A stretch of DNA of 64,000 nucleotides. It comes from an uncultured Bacteroidaceae bacterium. GTDB taxonomy: Bacteria; Bacteroidota; Bacteroidia; Bacteroidales; GCA-2748055. The notes beneath the pieces were generated by a model. That model had not been told where the DNA came from and did not search any database. It was given only the letters and a program-made list of their open reading frames with translations. Below are positions 1 through 9,462 of this stretch, in pieces. The stretch covers positions 5,997 through 69,996 of the forward strand of contig CAZGKF010000003.1 in NCBI GenBank assembly GCA_964526475.1, given 5' to 3'. The position numbers were made by a program, and so were the translations under genes. Numbering within the stretch: position 1 is the stretch's first letter; each line of letters starts with the position of its first letter.

Positions 1-907
1 GATTGTCAATACCAGATAAAACATTCAGAAGGGTGGTTTTTCCCGATCCGCTGGATCCCAGAATCCCTGTCAGATTCCCCTGGCGAGCTGAAAAACTGAT
101 ATTACTCAGTCCCATATCTCCGCTTTTGAAACGGAAATAAAGATTCTCCACACAAAATGATATGAGGTTTTCTTTCTGATCCGAGAGAAAACGTGCTACA
201 ACATCGCTATAATAAACAGGCTTACCTCTGGGAAGTTTTATGGTGCTCCCTTTTGAAAAATGATAAATCCTGTTTTTATGAATACTCAGTCCATTAAGGA
301 ACAAGTCTTCCTCACCATTGTATCTCAGAAAATAAAGATCCACACCAGTAACTCTCAGAATAACTATTTCGCCATTAAGTCTCTCAACCGCAATATGATT
401 TGACTCCACTGATATATCGTTCTCTGATATCAGAAGAATATTCCTGTTTTTTTCTTTTCTTATATTTTCCGACAGGATGAATGCTTCTATACTTTTGTAT
501 TCATCCATATTTATCCGGAATACTTCTGAAACGGTATTAATTATAGCTATTCTCTGCCTGGTAAGCTTTCGGGATGCTGAAACAAGCTCAAAGAGTCGCA
601 CGAGAACAACAACTTTCTGACTTTGGTTGAGGGTTTTATTGATTTTCCTGCAAATTCCCAGTATCCTGACAGAATCGAGGACTGAAGTAAGCTTTTGTTC
701 CTGAGTTTTATCCTCTAAAGTTTTTTTGCTCTCATCTTCTGAGGATGTTTCTTCAAATAATCTGAAATATATACCGGAGTCTTTTTCTCCTAACTGTTGT
801 GCGAGAAAATTTCTTACATATTGTTTCTCATCTTCCTCTACTCCGCCATCCTGTTTGGTAAGAATAGCAAAAAGCTGCATTAGTGCTTTAAGTATTTCCT
901 CGCTCAT
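1..907 (-). CDS. ABC transporter ATP-binding protein with N-terminal TerB-like and degenerate FHA-like regions (partial, runs off the window start)
   Basis: Not in the ORF track. Hand translation from ATG at 907 gives MSEEILKALMQLFAILTKQDGGVEEDEKQYVRNFLAQQLG...; Walker A GSSGSGKTT at 58-32; segment LFLNG..IHKNRIYHFSKGSTIKL at ~304-232; frame open to the window edge. Confidence 0.85.
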   Translation of the reverse strand, partial: MSEEILKALMQLFAILTKQDGGVEEDEKQYVRNFLAQQLGEKDSGIYFRLFEETSSEDESKKTLEDKTQEQKLTSVLDSVRILGICRKINKTLNQSQKVVVLVRLFELVSASRKLTRQRIAIINTVSEVFRINMDEYKSIEAFILSENIRKEKNRNILLISENDISVESNHIAVERLNGEIVILRVTGVDLYFLRYNGEEDLFLNGLSIHKNRIYHFSKGSTIKLPRGKPVYYSDVVARFLSDQKENLISFCVENLYFRFKSGDMGLSNISFSARQGNLTGILGSSGSGKTTLLNVLSGIDN

Positions 908-921
908 GTGGAGTTATTAAA

Positions 922-1302
922 TTATGGCAAATATTGTATAAGCTCAAAAGGCATTTCAACCATTTCACTATATTCTATTCCGGCCTCCTTCATATCTTCA
1001 TCGTATTCAGGATAGAACCACTGAACGTTTACCTTTTGGCCATTTTCTATTATCCTTTCCAGTATGAGCAAAATATCAAGTATGATTTTTGAGGAAGCGG
1101 TGTTAAAGTATGTATATTTAAAACAAATCTTTGTTTCCTCGGGAGGATTATCTGCATATTTTTCAAGCCATTTCAGAACGGGTGCATAAAATGTTGAAAC
1201 GTCTTCAGGCAAAGATTTTCCGGAAATAACAATTGCCCCTTCCCCTTTATCCATTAATATTTCGGGACTTTCATCCGTTTCGCTGATCTTCAGTGTATCC
1301 AT
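922..1302 (-). CDS. SiaC-family (DUF1987) regulatory phosphoprotein
   Basis: Likely start MDTLKISETDESPEI at 1302; motifs GKSLPED..FY.P...WL, YFNTASSK (the SiaC phospho-Thr motif) and WFY..YDEDM.E.G; 126 aa. Confidence 0.88.
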   Translation of the reverse strand: MDTLKISETDESPEILMDKGEGAIVISGKSLPEDVSTFYAPVLKWLEKYADNPPEETKICFKYTYFNTASSKIILDILLILERIIENGQKVNVQWFYPEYDEDMKEAGIEYSEMVEMPFELIQYLP

Positions 1303-1306
1303 ATTA

Positions 1307-1891
1307 TTATTTTTTAAAAGTCCTGGGAATTGTGGATGAAAAAAGAAAAAAAGATGATTTATCTGAAACCGGGAAAAACTGATATTCAAGTATTACCCCG
1401 GTTTTTCTTTTTATATCAATAAATCCGAGGCCCGCCCCTCCTTTATGAGAAAACTTCCCTTCCAAAATTTGTCTTTTAAATAGCTCATCCAATTCACTTT
1501 TCTCAAGAGAGTTTATATAATCTATTTGATTCCTTAACTTTTCTATTCCGGAATTCCCGATTAGGTTTCCTGTTATGACCTTGTACTCCGATTGATTTCT
1601 TCTTACCATTATAATCCCTCTGTTTCTCTCTTCTTTTTTTCCCTTATTCCTGTTAGCTGCATGTCTTGTAATATTTTGAAGACATTCAATCATAACATGG
1701 TAAACCCGCCTCTGCACTGATAGTGATTCAGAATATTCTGAAAGTTGTTCTTCCGTTAAAGAAGTAAACACTTTAATAATCTGATGATTGATCTCTCCCT
1801 GATAGGCAAGGGTAACCTCATGTGCATTCATCCCCGAATAAAAATCATATACGTATTCGAGAAATTTTTCATTATACAACTTATCTTTCAT
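1307..1891 (-). CDS. SiaB-family (DUF6272) GHKL-type Ser/Thr protein kinase
   Basis: N-box-like ECLQNITRH, TGNLI, G-box GGAGLGFIDIKRK; directly upstream of the SiaC-like gene; start 1891 or 1927. Confidence 0.85.
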   Translation of the reverse strand: MKDKLYNEKFLEYVYDFYSGMNAHEVTLAYQGEINHQIIKVFTSLTEEQLSEYSESLSVQRRVYHVMIECLQNITRHAANRNKGKKEERNRGIIMVRRNQSEYKVITGNLIGNSGIEKLRNQIDYINSLEKSELDELFKRQILEGKFSHKGGAGLGFIDIKRKTGVILEYQFFPVSDKSSFFLFSSTIPRTFKK

Positions 1892-2019
1892 AAAATAGTG
1901 AATATATATTATACATCCGACATACAAAACTATTAAAGGTAAATATAATGTCTAATGTGATACATCTCTAATTTTTTAATGAACACTCAATACCTGAATC
2001 CATATTTTATTTCGAAGCA

Positions 2020-4632
2020 TTAAAATTCTATACCAATCATCAATAAATCATCCAGTTGCCTGAATCCCTTCTGCCAGTTACTGAAATCATCCATGAACAA
2101 AGAATTATATTGCTGCATGGTGTATCCAGGATTCTCCAGGATCAGGTCTCGTATCCTTTTTGTTGAGTATTTTCTTCCATAGGGACCTCCAAGTTGATCG
2201 GAAAAACCGTCGGTAAAGAAAAATATTTTATCGCCCTGTCTGTAATTAATTATATTGTTAACAAAATCTTCTTCCGTTCTTTTTCCAAGAAGCATCCCTC
2301 CAATGGATTTACGGGTGCCTTTAAATTCTGTAAGTTCGCCTTCGCTAAGCAGGTAAAGGGACCGATGAGCTCCGGCAAACTGTAATTCAAATTTTTCGGG
2401 ATTTATTTTACAAAAAGCTATATCCATGCCATCCCGGGCTTCTGATTTATCGGTATCCTGTTTTAAGGTCTGCCGCACACTCTGATGAAGTTTGTCAAGT
2501 ATTTCAGATGCCGTGAACTCCTTTTCGTGCTCAATAATATTGTTTAATATAAAATATCCGATAAATGAAAGTAATGCTCCGGGAACTCCATGCCCTGTGC
2601 AGTCAATAGCTGCAATGTAAATACTGGTTTTCTTAGCATAAAACCATGGGAAATCACCGGAAACAACGTCTCTGGGTTTATACAGCACAAAACTTTTCGG
2701 AAAAAATTTTCTTAAAACTTCCATATCCGGCAACAATGCACTCTGAATACGTTTGGCATAATTAATACTATCGCCGATATTCTTATTTTTAATCTCTACT
2801 TCTTTGGCAATATGTTTAGCTTCTGTTATGTCATGTCCGACAAAAAGAACCGTTTCCAGTTCATTTCCCGAAAATTCCGGTATTGCATCGAAACTGATTA
2901 TTCTTTCAGTAAGTTTTTCTCCCATTCTGACAGGAACGGGGATTTCTGTATTGAGCTTTCTTGGGTTTTCAGTCATCTTAATGATTGCATCGCTGAAATA
3001 ATCCTTTAACACTTTTACAAATTCAAGCTCTGAAAGGGACTTATTAATAATCTTTTTTGGTTCAAAATGAATATAATCTTCCACTACAGGGTTTGCATAA
3101 TAAAAATGGCCTGAAGTACTTATTCTGATAATTATATCGAGAGAATTTTCCGAAAGCGACTGCATGCGTGTTTTTAACCTTTCCTCTCTTTCGGCGCGGA
3201 TCTTTTCGGTAATATCCTTTGTATTAACAATAATGCCTTTTATCGCAGGGTCCTGTAAAAGATTTTTTGCTGAAGATTCGAGAAATACTCTTTCCCCATC
3301 TTTTTTAATAAAAGAATACTGAATATCAGGAGGAGGGTGGGTCTCATCCATTGCCTTTTCCAAAAGACCCCGGAATTGCCGTGCACTCTCGGCCGACATT
3401 CTTTCAAAGTCTTTACCCTTCATTATTTCACCGGGGCTATACCCTAAAATACGCGTTACTGATGGACTAACATAAGCAAGATTAAACTCATTATCATAAA
3501 TAGATATAACCTCCGAAGAGTTTTCAAGCAGCCAATGCATTCTCCCCTGTGCATTTTGTACTTCAAGAATTTTTGCTTCAAGCTGCTCATTAGATCTTTT
3601 GAGCTCTTCCTGTGTTTTTACCATAATAGCAGCATTTTCCTGCAGTTCCTTTTCATTTTGCTTTAATTCCTCCGTCATTTGTCTCGATTCTTCCAGCAAT
3701 AATTGAGTTTTAAGACTTAATTTCAGGTTAAAAACTGTTCTCCCGATAATTTCACCAAGCTCAAGTAAAAATTGTATTGTTAGTTTCGGAACTTTTGGCT
3801 TCAAAAATGCGAACTCCATTACACCCTGGAGGATACCATCAGCAATGAGGGGTACAAGTAATATACCGGAAGGTTTCCTGTCACCCAAAATTCCGGATGT
3901 TATTGTAATATAATCTTCTGGAATTTCCGTTCTATATACGAAGTCCATCTCATAGGCGCACTCCCCTACTAATCCCTGTCCAATTTTAAATTCCTGAGAA
4001 ACATATCTTCGGCGGTTATATGCATATAATGCGATTATTGAAAGAACATTTTTATTCTGATCATACAAATAAAATACTCCCTGAACTGCTTCAATGTAGT
4101 TTATCAATGACTTAAGAACCTGATCAGCCAGTTCACTGATATTTGTATAGTTTCGAAGAAGCCTTGATATCGTATCCTTTCCTTCAGTAATCCATGTCAT
4201 ATCTCTTTCTTTCCGGAGATTGCTCCTGAGATAACTCTGCATAACAATAAGTGCATTCCCAAGCTTGTCATCCGGGCCTTCTGTTTCTATTTCTCCCATA
4301 AAATCCCCTGTTCCAATTCTTTTTGCCTGATCAGAATACCTTTCAAGCAGTAAGCGGTATTTATCAAGGTTCTGAGTAAAATATGTTTCTCTCTCTGCTA
4401 TTTTGCGATGAAAAATAAAGTAAGCAATAAATACTATTACCGGAACAAATTCAGCAAGGTAAAGGGAAAGGTTAAAGCGGTGAAGTTCCATAAGTGATAA
4501 AAAAGAAAAGTCCCGTTTTCCAGACATAAGTAATACCGCCCAAAGCACTAAAAGGTATGCCAGCCCTGAGATACATATGATTAACATATGCTTTCTGCCG
4601 GTATCTAATATTTCATTTATCTTTTTTATCAT
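2020..4632 (-). CDS. Membrane sensor phosphatase: 2TM, HAMP-like, GAF, coiled coil, PAS, PAS, PP2C/SpoIIE (SiaA-like role)
   Basis: PP2C motifs PRDVVSGDF, DCTGHGVPGA, DGMD, FTDGFSDQ, DDL; GAF GQGLVGECA; PAS ends KDITE and HDITE; likely start MIKKINE at 4632. Confidence 0.9.
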   Translation of the reverse strand: MIKKINEILDTGRKHMLIICISGLAYLLVLWAVLLMSGKRDFSFLSLMELHRFNLSLYLAEFVPVIVFIAYFIFHRKIAERETYFTQNLDKYRLLLERYSDQAKRIGTGDFMGEIETEGPDDKLGNALIVMQSYLRSNLRKERDMTWITEGKDTISRLLRNYTNISELADQVLKSLINYIEAVQGVFYLYDQNKNVLSIIALYAYNRRRYVSQEFKIGQGLVGECAYEMDFVYRTEIPEDYITITSGILGDRKPSGILLVPLIADGILQGVMEFAFLKPKVPKLTIQFLLELGEIIGRTVFNLKLSLKTQLLLEESRQMTEELKQNEKELQENAAIMVKTQEELKRSNEQLEAKILEVQNAQGRMHWLLENSSEVISIYDNEFNLAYVSPSVTRILGYSPGEIMKGKDFERMSAESARQFRGLLEKAMDETHPPPDIQYSFIKKDGERVFLESSAKNLLQDPAIKGIIVNTKDITEKIRAEREERLKTRMQSLSENSLDIIIRISTSGHFYYANPVVEDYIHFEPKKIINKSLSELEFVKVLKDYFSDAIIKMTENPRKLNTEIPVPVRMGEKLTERIISFDAIPEFSGNELETVLFVGHDITEAKHIAKEVEIKNKNIGDSINYAKRIQSALLPDMEVLRKFFPKSFVLYKPRDVVSGDFPWFYAKKTSIYIAAIDCTGHGVPGALLSFIGYFILNNIIEHEKEFTASEILDKLHQSVRQTLKQDTDKSEARDGMDIAFCKINPEKFELQFAGAHRSLYLLSEGELTEFKGTRKSIGGMLLGKRTEEDFVNNIINYRQGDKIFFFTDGFSDQLGGPYGRKYSTKRIRDLILENPGYTMQQYNSLFMDDFSNWQKGFRQLDDLLMIGIEF

Positions 4633-5395
4633 AATCCATAATCTGCATCCATTTTTCTGCAAGTTCTTCAGATGCCATGGACAAAGCATCCATGTGTACA
4701 GCATCTATTTTCCTGTAAGTCAGGAACTCTATCAATGCTACAGTTTCATTTTTATTCACCAGCGGAAGCAAATAAAGATAACTTGCCTGGCCTTTACCAA
4801 GGCCTGACATAACCCTTGTAAATTCTTCCGGCAGGTTGGTTAGTTCAACCAGTTTTTTATTCAAAGCTGCCTGTCCATGTATTCCGGCACCATGTTTAAA
4901 TGGTTCTGGTTTTTTAATTCTTGCGAAAGCATAGGAAGATGTCAGTATATAAGTGCCGGATGCAGGTTCATAGCTGAAGAAAATTCCCTGCATAATGCTA
5001 AATGTGGCAGCAAGATTGGATAATATCCTGTGTGCACTTTTCTCAGGCTCTTCATTCTTTAAATTTGCGGTTAATTTTGCTGCCAGAAATTTATGATCAG
5101 TTTTATAATTTTTTTCACTTTTAACATTACTATCTGATTCCGTGTGGGTTACTGACTGCTTATCCAATGCTGTTTTATCCTTACAGAATAAATCCTTAAG
5201 GGGCAACAGACAGAAAATACATATCAGAATTATATATGAAACGGATAGAAACATTAATGGAATGAACAGGGCATCTTTATTTCTTATGAAGCTGTTCCAG
5301 GAAGAGAAAAAAAGTGCAGCAATAGAAAAGATAAGCAGTAAAAATAAAGCTAACAAGAGATTTCTTTTATTGATATGAGGTTTCATCCTGTTCAT
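4613..5395 (-). CDS. 2TM + GAF domain protein with no output domain
   Basis: Two N-terminal hydrophobic helices; GAF-like FKHGAGIHGQAA...LPEEF..VMSGLG...LYLLPL...VALIEF, similar to the GAF domains of the two neighbouring sensors. Confidence 0.8.
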   Translation of the reverse strand: MNRMKPHINKRNLLLALFLLLIFSIAALFFSSWNSFIRNKDALFIPLMFLSVSYIILICIFCLLPLKDLFCKDKTALDKQSVTHTESDSNVKSEKNYKTDHKFLAAKLTANLKNEEPEKSAHRILSNLAATFSIMQGIFFSYEPASGTYILTSSYAFARIKKPEPFKHGAGIHGQAALNKKLVELTNLPEEFTRVMSGLGKGQASYLYLLPLVNKNETVALIEFLTYRKIDAVHMDALSMASEELAEKWMQIMDYDKKDK

Positions 5396-5967
5396 GCCTG
5401 TAAATTACGCATAAAATTAATTATTTTATCGGCAGTTAATACATAGTCCGGTGTTATCAGGTTCAGACAGGAAGAAGGCATTACATCAATTTCTGCATTT
5501 GAAGGATCCTGTACAATAGTAAGCGCACCTGCTGCTTTAAGCTTAACCATACCTTTTGCTCCATCTGAATTTGCTCCTGAAAGTAAAATGCCTGTGCATC
5601 TTTCACGGTAAACTTCTGCAGCAGTTTCGAACAAAATATCTATGGAAGGTCTGCTGTGATTAACGCCTTCGTCCACCGATAAAGAGAAACGGTTTCCCAT
5701 TTCAATCATTAAATGGTAATTGGGAGGAGAGAGATAAATAATGCCATTTCTGATAAATTCTTTATCATAGGGCTCCTTAATCCGGACAGGAGAATTAGCA
5801 GAGAGAATATCTATAATACCACTTCGAACATTTCTCAATCTGTGAACACACAAAATTATTGTATTCTGAAAATTACGGGGCATTGAAGCTATTATATCAA
5901 CAACTATTTGAAAACTGCCTGCTGATCCTCCAATTAATATTACCTTGCCGCTATTGTTCATATACAA
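5392..5967 (-). CDS. cheB: Stand-alone CheB-type protein-glutamate methylesterase (no receiver domain)
   Basis: Ser-His-Asp triad motifs IGGSAG, CVHR and LSGANSDG; RPSIDILF; VQDP; 191 aa. Confidence 0.92.
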   Translation of the reverse strand: MYMNNSGKVILIGGSAGSFQIVVDIIASMPRNFQNTIILCVHRLRNVRSGIIDILSANSPVRIKEPYDKEFIRNGIIYLSPPNYHLMIEMGNRFSLSVDEGVNHSRPSIDILFETAAEVYRERCTGILLSGANSDGAKGMVKLKAAGALTIVQDPSNAEIDVMPSSCLNLITPDYVLTADKIINFMRNLQA

Positions 5968-6792
5968 TTATTTACCCCTTTTAATAAAAATTCTTTCTTC
6001 CATATTAAAGGCCTGCACTTTTTGTGTTCCGAAAAGATGTTTTTCAACCTCCTCCTGATAGCCGAATATAAGATAACCCCCCGGTTTCAATATCTCTACA
6101 AAATAATCAAGTAAAAAATCCTGAAATTCTTTGGAATAATTAAGAAGCTTATTTCTGAAGAATATTATCTCTGCACCCTCCGGGGCATTCTGAAGATTAA
6201 GATCATTTAATGAAAATGAAACATTACTGAATAAATTATTATTTCTATAGTATTTTTCTTTGCTACATGAAAGGTAATTTTTCAGATCACTGTCAGGAAA
6301 AACCATACAATAGTTTTCCATACTCTGCTCCAGGACCTTGTTATCAAATTCCCCTGCCCGTATATGTTCCAAACTTTTCCGTGATAGTGAAGTGGCCTTA
6401 ATATTAAAGCTATTTTGCATTTTTGTTTTTGTCAGCAAAACCAGAAATGAAAACAGCTCATTGCCTGAGACAATATCGGGAAACCATACATTACAAGGTA
6501 TTTCTCCTGATATTTCAGGAAGCAATGATTCCTTTATAGTGGTCCATAATTCCGGATCCCTGAACATTTCAGTTGAAGGGACAGAAATGTCATAAAGAAA
6601 TTCATCAAAAAAATCTTTGTCTTCAACAAGGCGTGATATTAAAACATCCGAATATTTTAAATAATGTCTTTTTATGGTTCTGTCGAGCTTAAACCGAAAG
6701 GCTGTAAATGCATAATTGCTAAAATCATATAAAAAAATATGTTTCAGCTTTCTTATTATTTCCCTTGTTTCAACTATGCTTATCTCAGGCAT
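5968..6792 (-). CDS. cheR: CheR-family methyltransferase with divergent SAM/catalytic motifs
   Basis: YDFSNY, TEMFRDP, FRN.L..Y, LKPGGYLIFG are present; WSAGCSTGEE is replaced by WFPDIVSGNE. Confidence 0.85.
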   Translation of the reverse strand: MPEISIVETREIIRKLKHIFLYDFSNYAFTAFRFKLDRTIKRHYLKYSDVLISRLVEDKDFFDEFLYDISVPSTEMFRDPELWTTIKESLLPEISGEIPCNVWFPDIVSGNELFSFLVLLTKTKMQNSFNIKATSLSRKSLEHIRAGEFDNKVLEQSMENYCMVFPDSDLKNYLSCSKEKYYRNNNLFSNVSFSLNDLNLQNAPEGAEIIFFRNKLLNYSKEFQDFLLDYFVEILKPGGYLIFGYQEEVEKHLFGTQKVQAFNMEERIFIKRGK

Positions 6793-6798
6793 GAGATA

Positions 6799-9462
6799 CT
6801 ATATTGTTTCCTGTTTACTAACACGTTCCCTGAGTCTTTCTATTTCCTTGTTTGCTTCGTCAAGTAACTGATATTTAAGACGTTTTTCAGTTATATCCTG
6901 TGCAAGGAAATACACTTTATAAATAGCTTCTTTTTCGTCCTTCACCGGTGAAAAATTAGCCATAAGCCATACCTCTTCTCCGGTAGGTTTTGTCCTTCTG
7001 ATAGTACCGGTATAAGTTTTATCTTTCATTACTTCAGCCCATATTTTTTCAAACTGTTCTTTCTCCATATCTTTAAGAAATAAACGGTTATTTTTGCCCA
7101 GTAATTCCTTTTTGGAATAACCGGTAATCTGAATGAAATTAGGGTTTACCGAAGTAATTATACCTTCCGGAGACATTTCACTATGAATTATGGAATCATC
7201 AACTGCTTTCGACAAAGATTCCATTTCCCTGCTTCGTCTGATTATCTCATTAGCCTGATGAATAAGCTCTTCCTGTTGTTTTTTTGTTTTGGTAATATCG
7301 TGAGATATATTTATTATTTTCACAGGATCGCCTTCCTTATCCATTACAGCAGAAAAAGTTTGCTCAAGCCAAATCTCTGCACCACTGAATAATCTGAATT
7401 TCTCCGTTTTACTTATAATTTTCCCATCTCTGATATTTTTCCAGAATTGCTTATATTCATCTGAATACTTGTCGGTTACAGCAAAGTCGCTATGATGTTT
7501 TCCAATAATCAACTCCCGTGGGGATTCGAAAAGGATTTGAAGTTTATCATTTATATCTGAAAATCTGCCGTTAAGGGTAAATTCGGCAACCAGCGATGAT
7601 GAGTTCACTGCGTTCAAAATACCGGTAATCTCAGACTCTCTTCGCTGTGATTCTTCCTGTGCCTTTTGAAGCTCCTCCATATTTCTTCTCATCCTTTCCT
7701 CCTGCTTTTGCATTTCTTCTGTTTGTCTTCTGGATTGTTCAAGAAGCCGGGAAGTTCTCTCATTTATTCTCACTGCAGCAAGAGTAGTGGCAGTTATCTC
7801 TCCTAATTGCTCCACGAACCGAACCTCATATTCTCTGATAATATGAACTGATGCTATTTCGATGACTCCAAATACTTCATTTTCAATTTTCAAAGGAACA
7901 AGAAGTAAACAAACCGGTTTCATTTCTATAAGTCCGGATGAAATCTCAAAATATTCCTCCGGAATTTCAGTAAGATATATTGTTTCCTTTTCCAGTGCAC
8001 AGGTTCCCACAAGCCCTTCTCCAGTAACAATGCGTTTTTGTATATATTTTCTTCGGTCCCATGCAAAAGTAGCTGCCATTTCATATTCCTGTTTCTCAGC
8101 GACTTCCTGATCAGCGAGATATATTGTTCCGGCTGCTGCTTCAAGGTATTTCACAAGATTATGTATAATTTTATAAGCCAGTTCCTTAACATCTTCTCTT
8201 TCAGATCGGAAAATATCCCCAAATTTGGCCAAACCTTCACTAGTCCAGCTGCGACGTTTATCTTCTTCTTTTCGCGAAAGCTCTTCCTCCTGAGTCCTGG
8301 CTAATTTCTCCGACAATTCCAAAAGGGAATTTCCGAGTATGTCTGACTTTCCAGCCGGTGTGAACCCTTTGTTAAAATCGCCTGTAGCCATCTGATCAGC
8401 AAATTCAGCTTTATCATGCAGACTATTTACATGTTTACCAAAACTTTCCTTAATTTCATCTATTTCACCATTACCGGTAATTGGAATATCTACTGGTATT
8501 TCTCCTTCACTTAATCTTCTGGAAAATTCCTTTATTTCACTGATTTTTAAATGAATAAATGAGAATAAAGAAATTATTGCATATATAAAAACTGATCCGG
8601 ACAGAGTAAGCCATATTAGAAGTCTTGTCTTCATAGATTTCATGAATTGCACCTGGGAGTTTCCAACAATTACCCTTAATTCTTCCAGTATATTCTCTAT
8701 CCTTATTGTATATAGGAATATATCTCCCAGAACGCCTCCTTTACCCGGAGAACCAATTTTACGGGTAATTTCAATCAATTGACTTGTTCCGGTAAAAAAC
8801 TCTTCACAATATAATGTCAAACTTTCGCCGGAAATTATTCCATGTTTTGTCGTAACCGAAAAAGGCATATTCCTTAATACCTCTTCTTTTTTTATTATCC
8901 ATGCATTCATTATTACTTCAGGAATTTCAGGATCAGGTTCAGTAATGAAATGAATAAAATCCGGATAATAATTTTTGAAGAAATTAATACCAGGTATATC
9001 TTTCAAATCTTCCAAAATTTGTCTTGTACGTGCAAGCGTTCCACTTGTCATATCCCCTGCCTGTTCTTTTAATGATATGTATTCATTTAACAGCATATTA
9101 ATTTCATTAAAATTCTCCCTTAAAGTTCTTATTTTTCTTATAACAGGAGTATTCCCTGAAAAAATAAAATCGTTCTCAATTAATTCAAGAGAAGCAAACA
9201 TACTGCTGTAAATCCTGTCTGCCTGTTCCCAATTGCTGTTTTTTTCAGAAATAAAAAAACTTTCTGAAATTTGGGAAAGATTATGAAAGTCTCTGTATTG
9301 AAAAAATTTAACCTGAAGATCAGATATTTCATTTCTTATGCCTGAATAGTGTGACTGACGGTTCCACCTATCCAGGAAAAAAAGCGTTGTAACCAGCCAG
9401 AAAAGAATAAAAAAACTGATCAGCAAATAAAAAGAATTCTTTATTCCTTTTGGTTTGATCAT
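6799..9462 (-). CDS. Membrane sensor: TM, periplasmic domain, TM, HAMP, GAF, coiled coil, PAS, PAS; no kinase or MCP output domain
   Basis: Two TM helices; HAMP-like LSEGE...GEIDEIKESF; GAF GEGLVGTCALE; PAS domains ending HDITK and QDITE; ends in a short coiled coil. Confidence 0.88.
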   Translation of the reverse strand: MIKPKGIKNSFYLLISFFILFWLVTTLFFLDRWNRQSHYSGIRNEISDLQVKFFQYRDFHNLSQISESFFISEKNSNWEQADRIYSSMFASLELIENDFIFSGNTPVIRKIRTLRENFNEINMLLNEYISLKEQAGDMTSGTLARTRQILEDLKDIPGINFFKNYYPDFIHFITEPDPEIPEVIMNAWIIKKEEVLRNMPFSVTTKHGIISGESLTLYCEEFFTGTSQLIEITRKIGSPGKGGVLGDIFLYTIRIENILEELRVIVGNSQVQFMKSMKTRLLIWLTLSGSVFIYAIISLFSFIHLKISEIKEFSRRLSEGEIPVDIPITGNGEIDEIKESFGKHVNSLHDKAEFADQMATGDFNKGFTPAGKSDILGNSLLELSEKLARTQEEELSRKEEDKRRSWTSEGLAKFGDIFRSEREDVKELAYKIIHNLVKYLEAAAGTIYLADQEVAEKQEYEMAATFAWDRRKYIQKRIVTGEGLVGTCALEKETIYLTEIPEEYFEISSGLIEMKPVCLLLVPLKIENEVFGVIEIASVHIIREYEVRFVEQLGEITATTLAAVRINERTSRLLEQSRRQTEEMQKQEERMRRNMEELQKAQEESQRRESEITGILNAVNSSSLVAEFTLNGRFSDINDKLQILFESPRELIIGKHHSDFAVTDKYSDEYKQFWKNIRDGKIISKTEKFRLFSGAEIWLEQTFSAVMDKEGDPVKIINISHDITKTKKQQEELIHQANEIIRRSREMESLSKAVDDSIIHSEMSPEGIITSVNPNFIQITGYSKKELLGKNNRLFLKDMEKEQFEKIWAEVMKDKTYTGTIRRTKPTGEEVWLMANFSPVKDEKEAIYKVYFLAQDITEKRLKYQLLDEANKEIERLRERVSKQETI

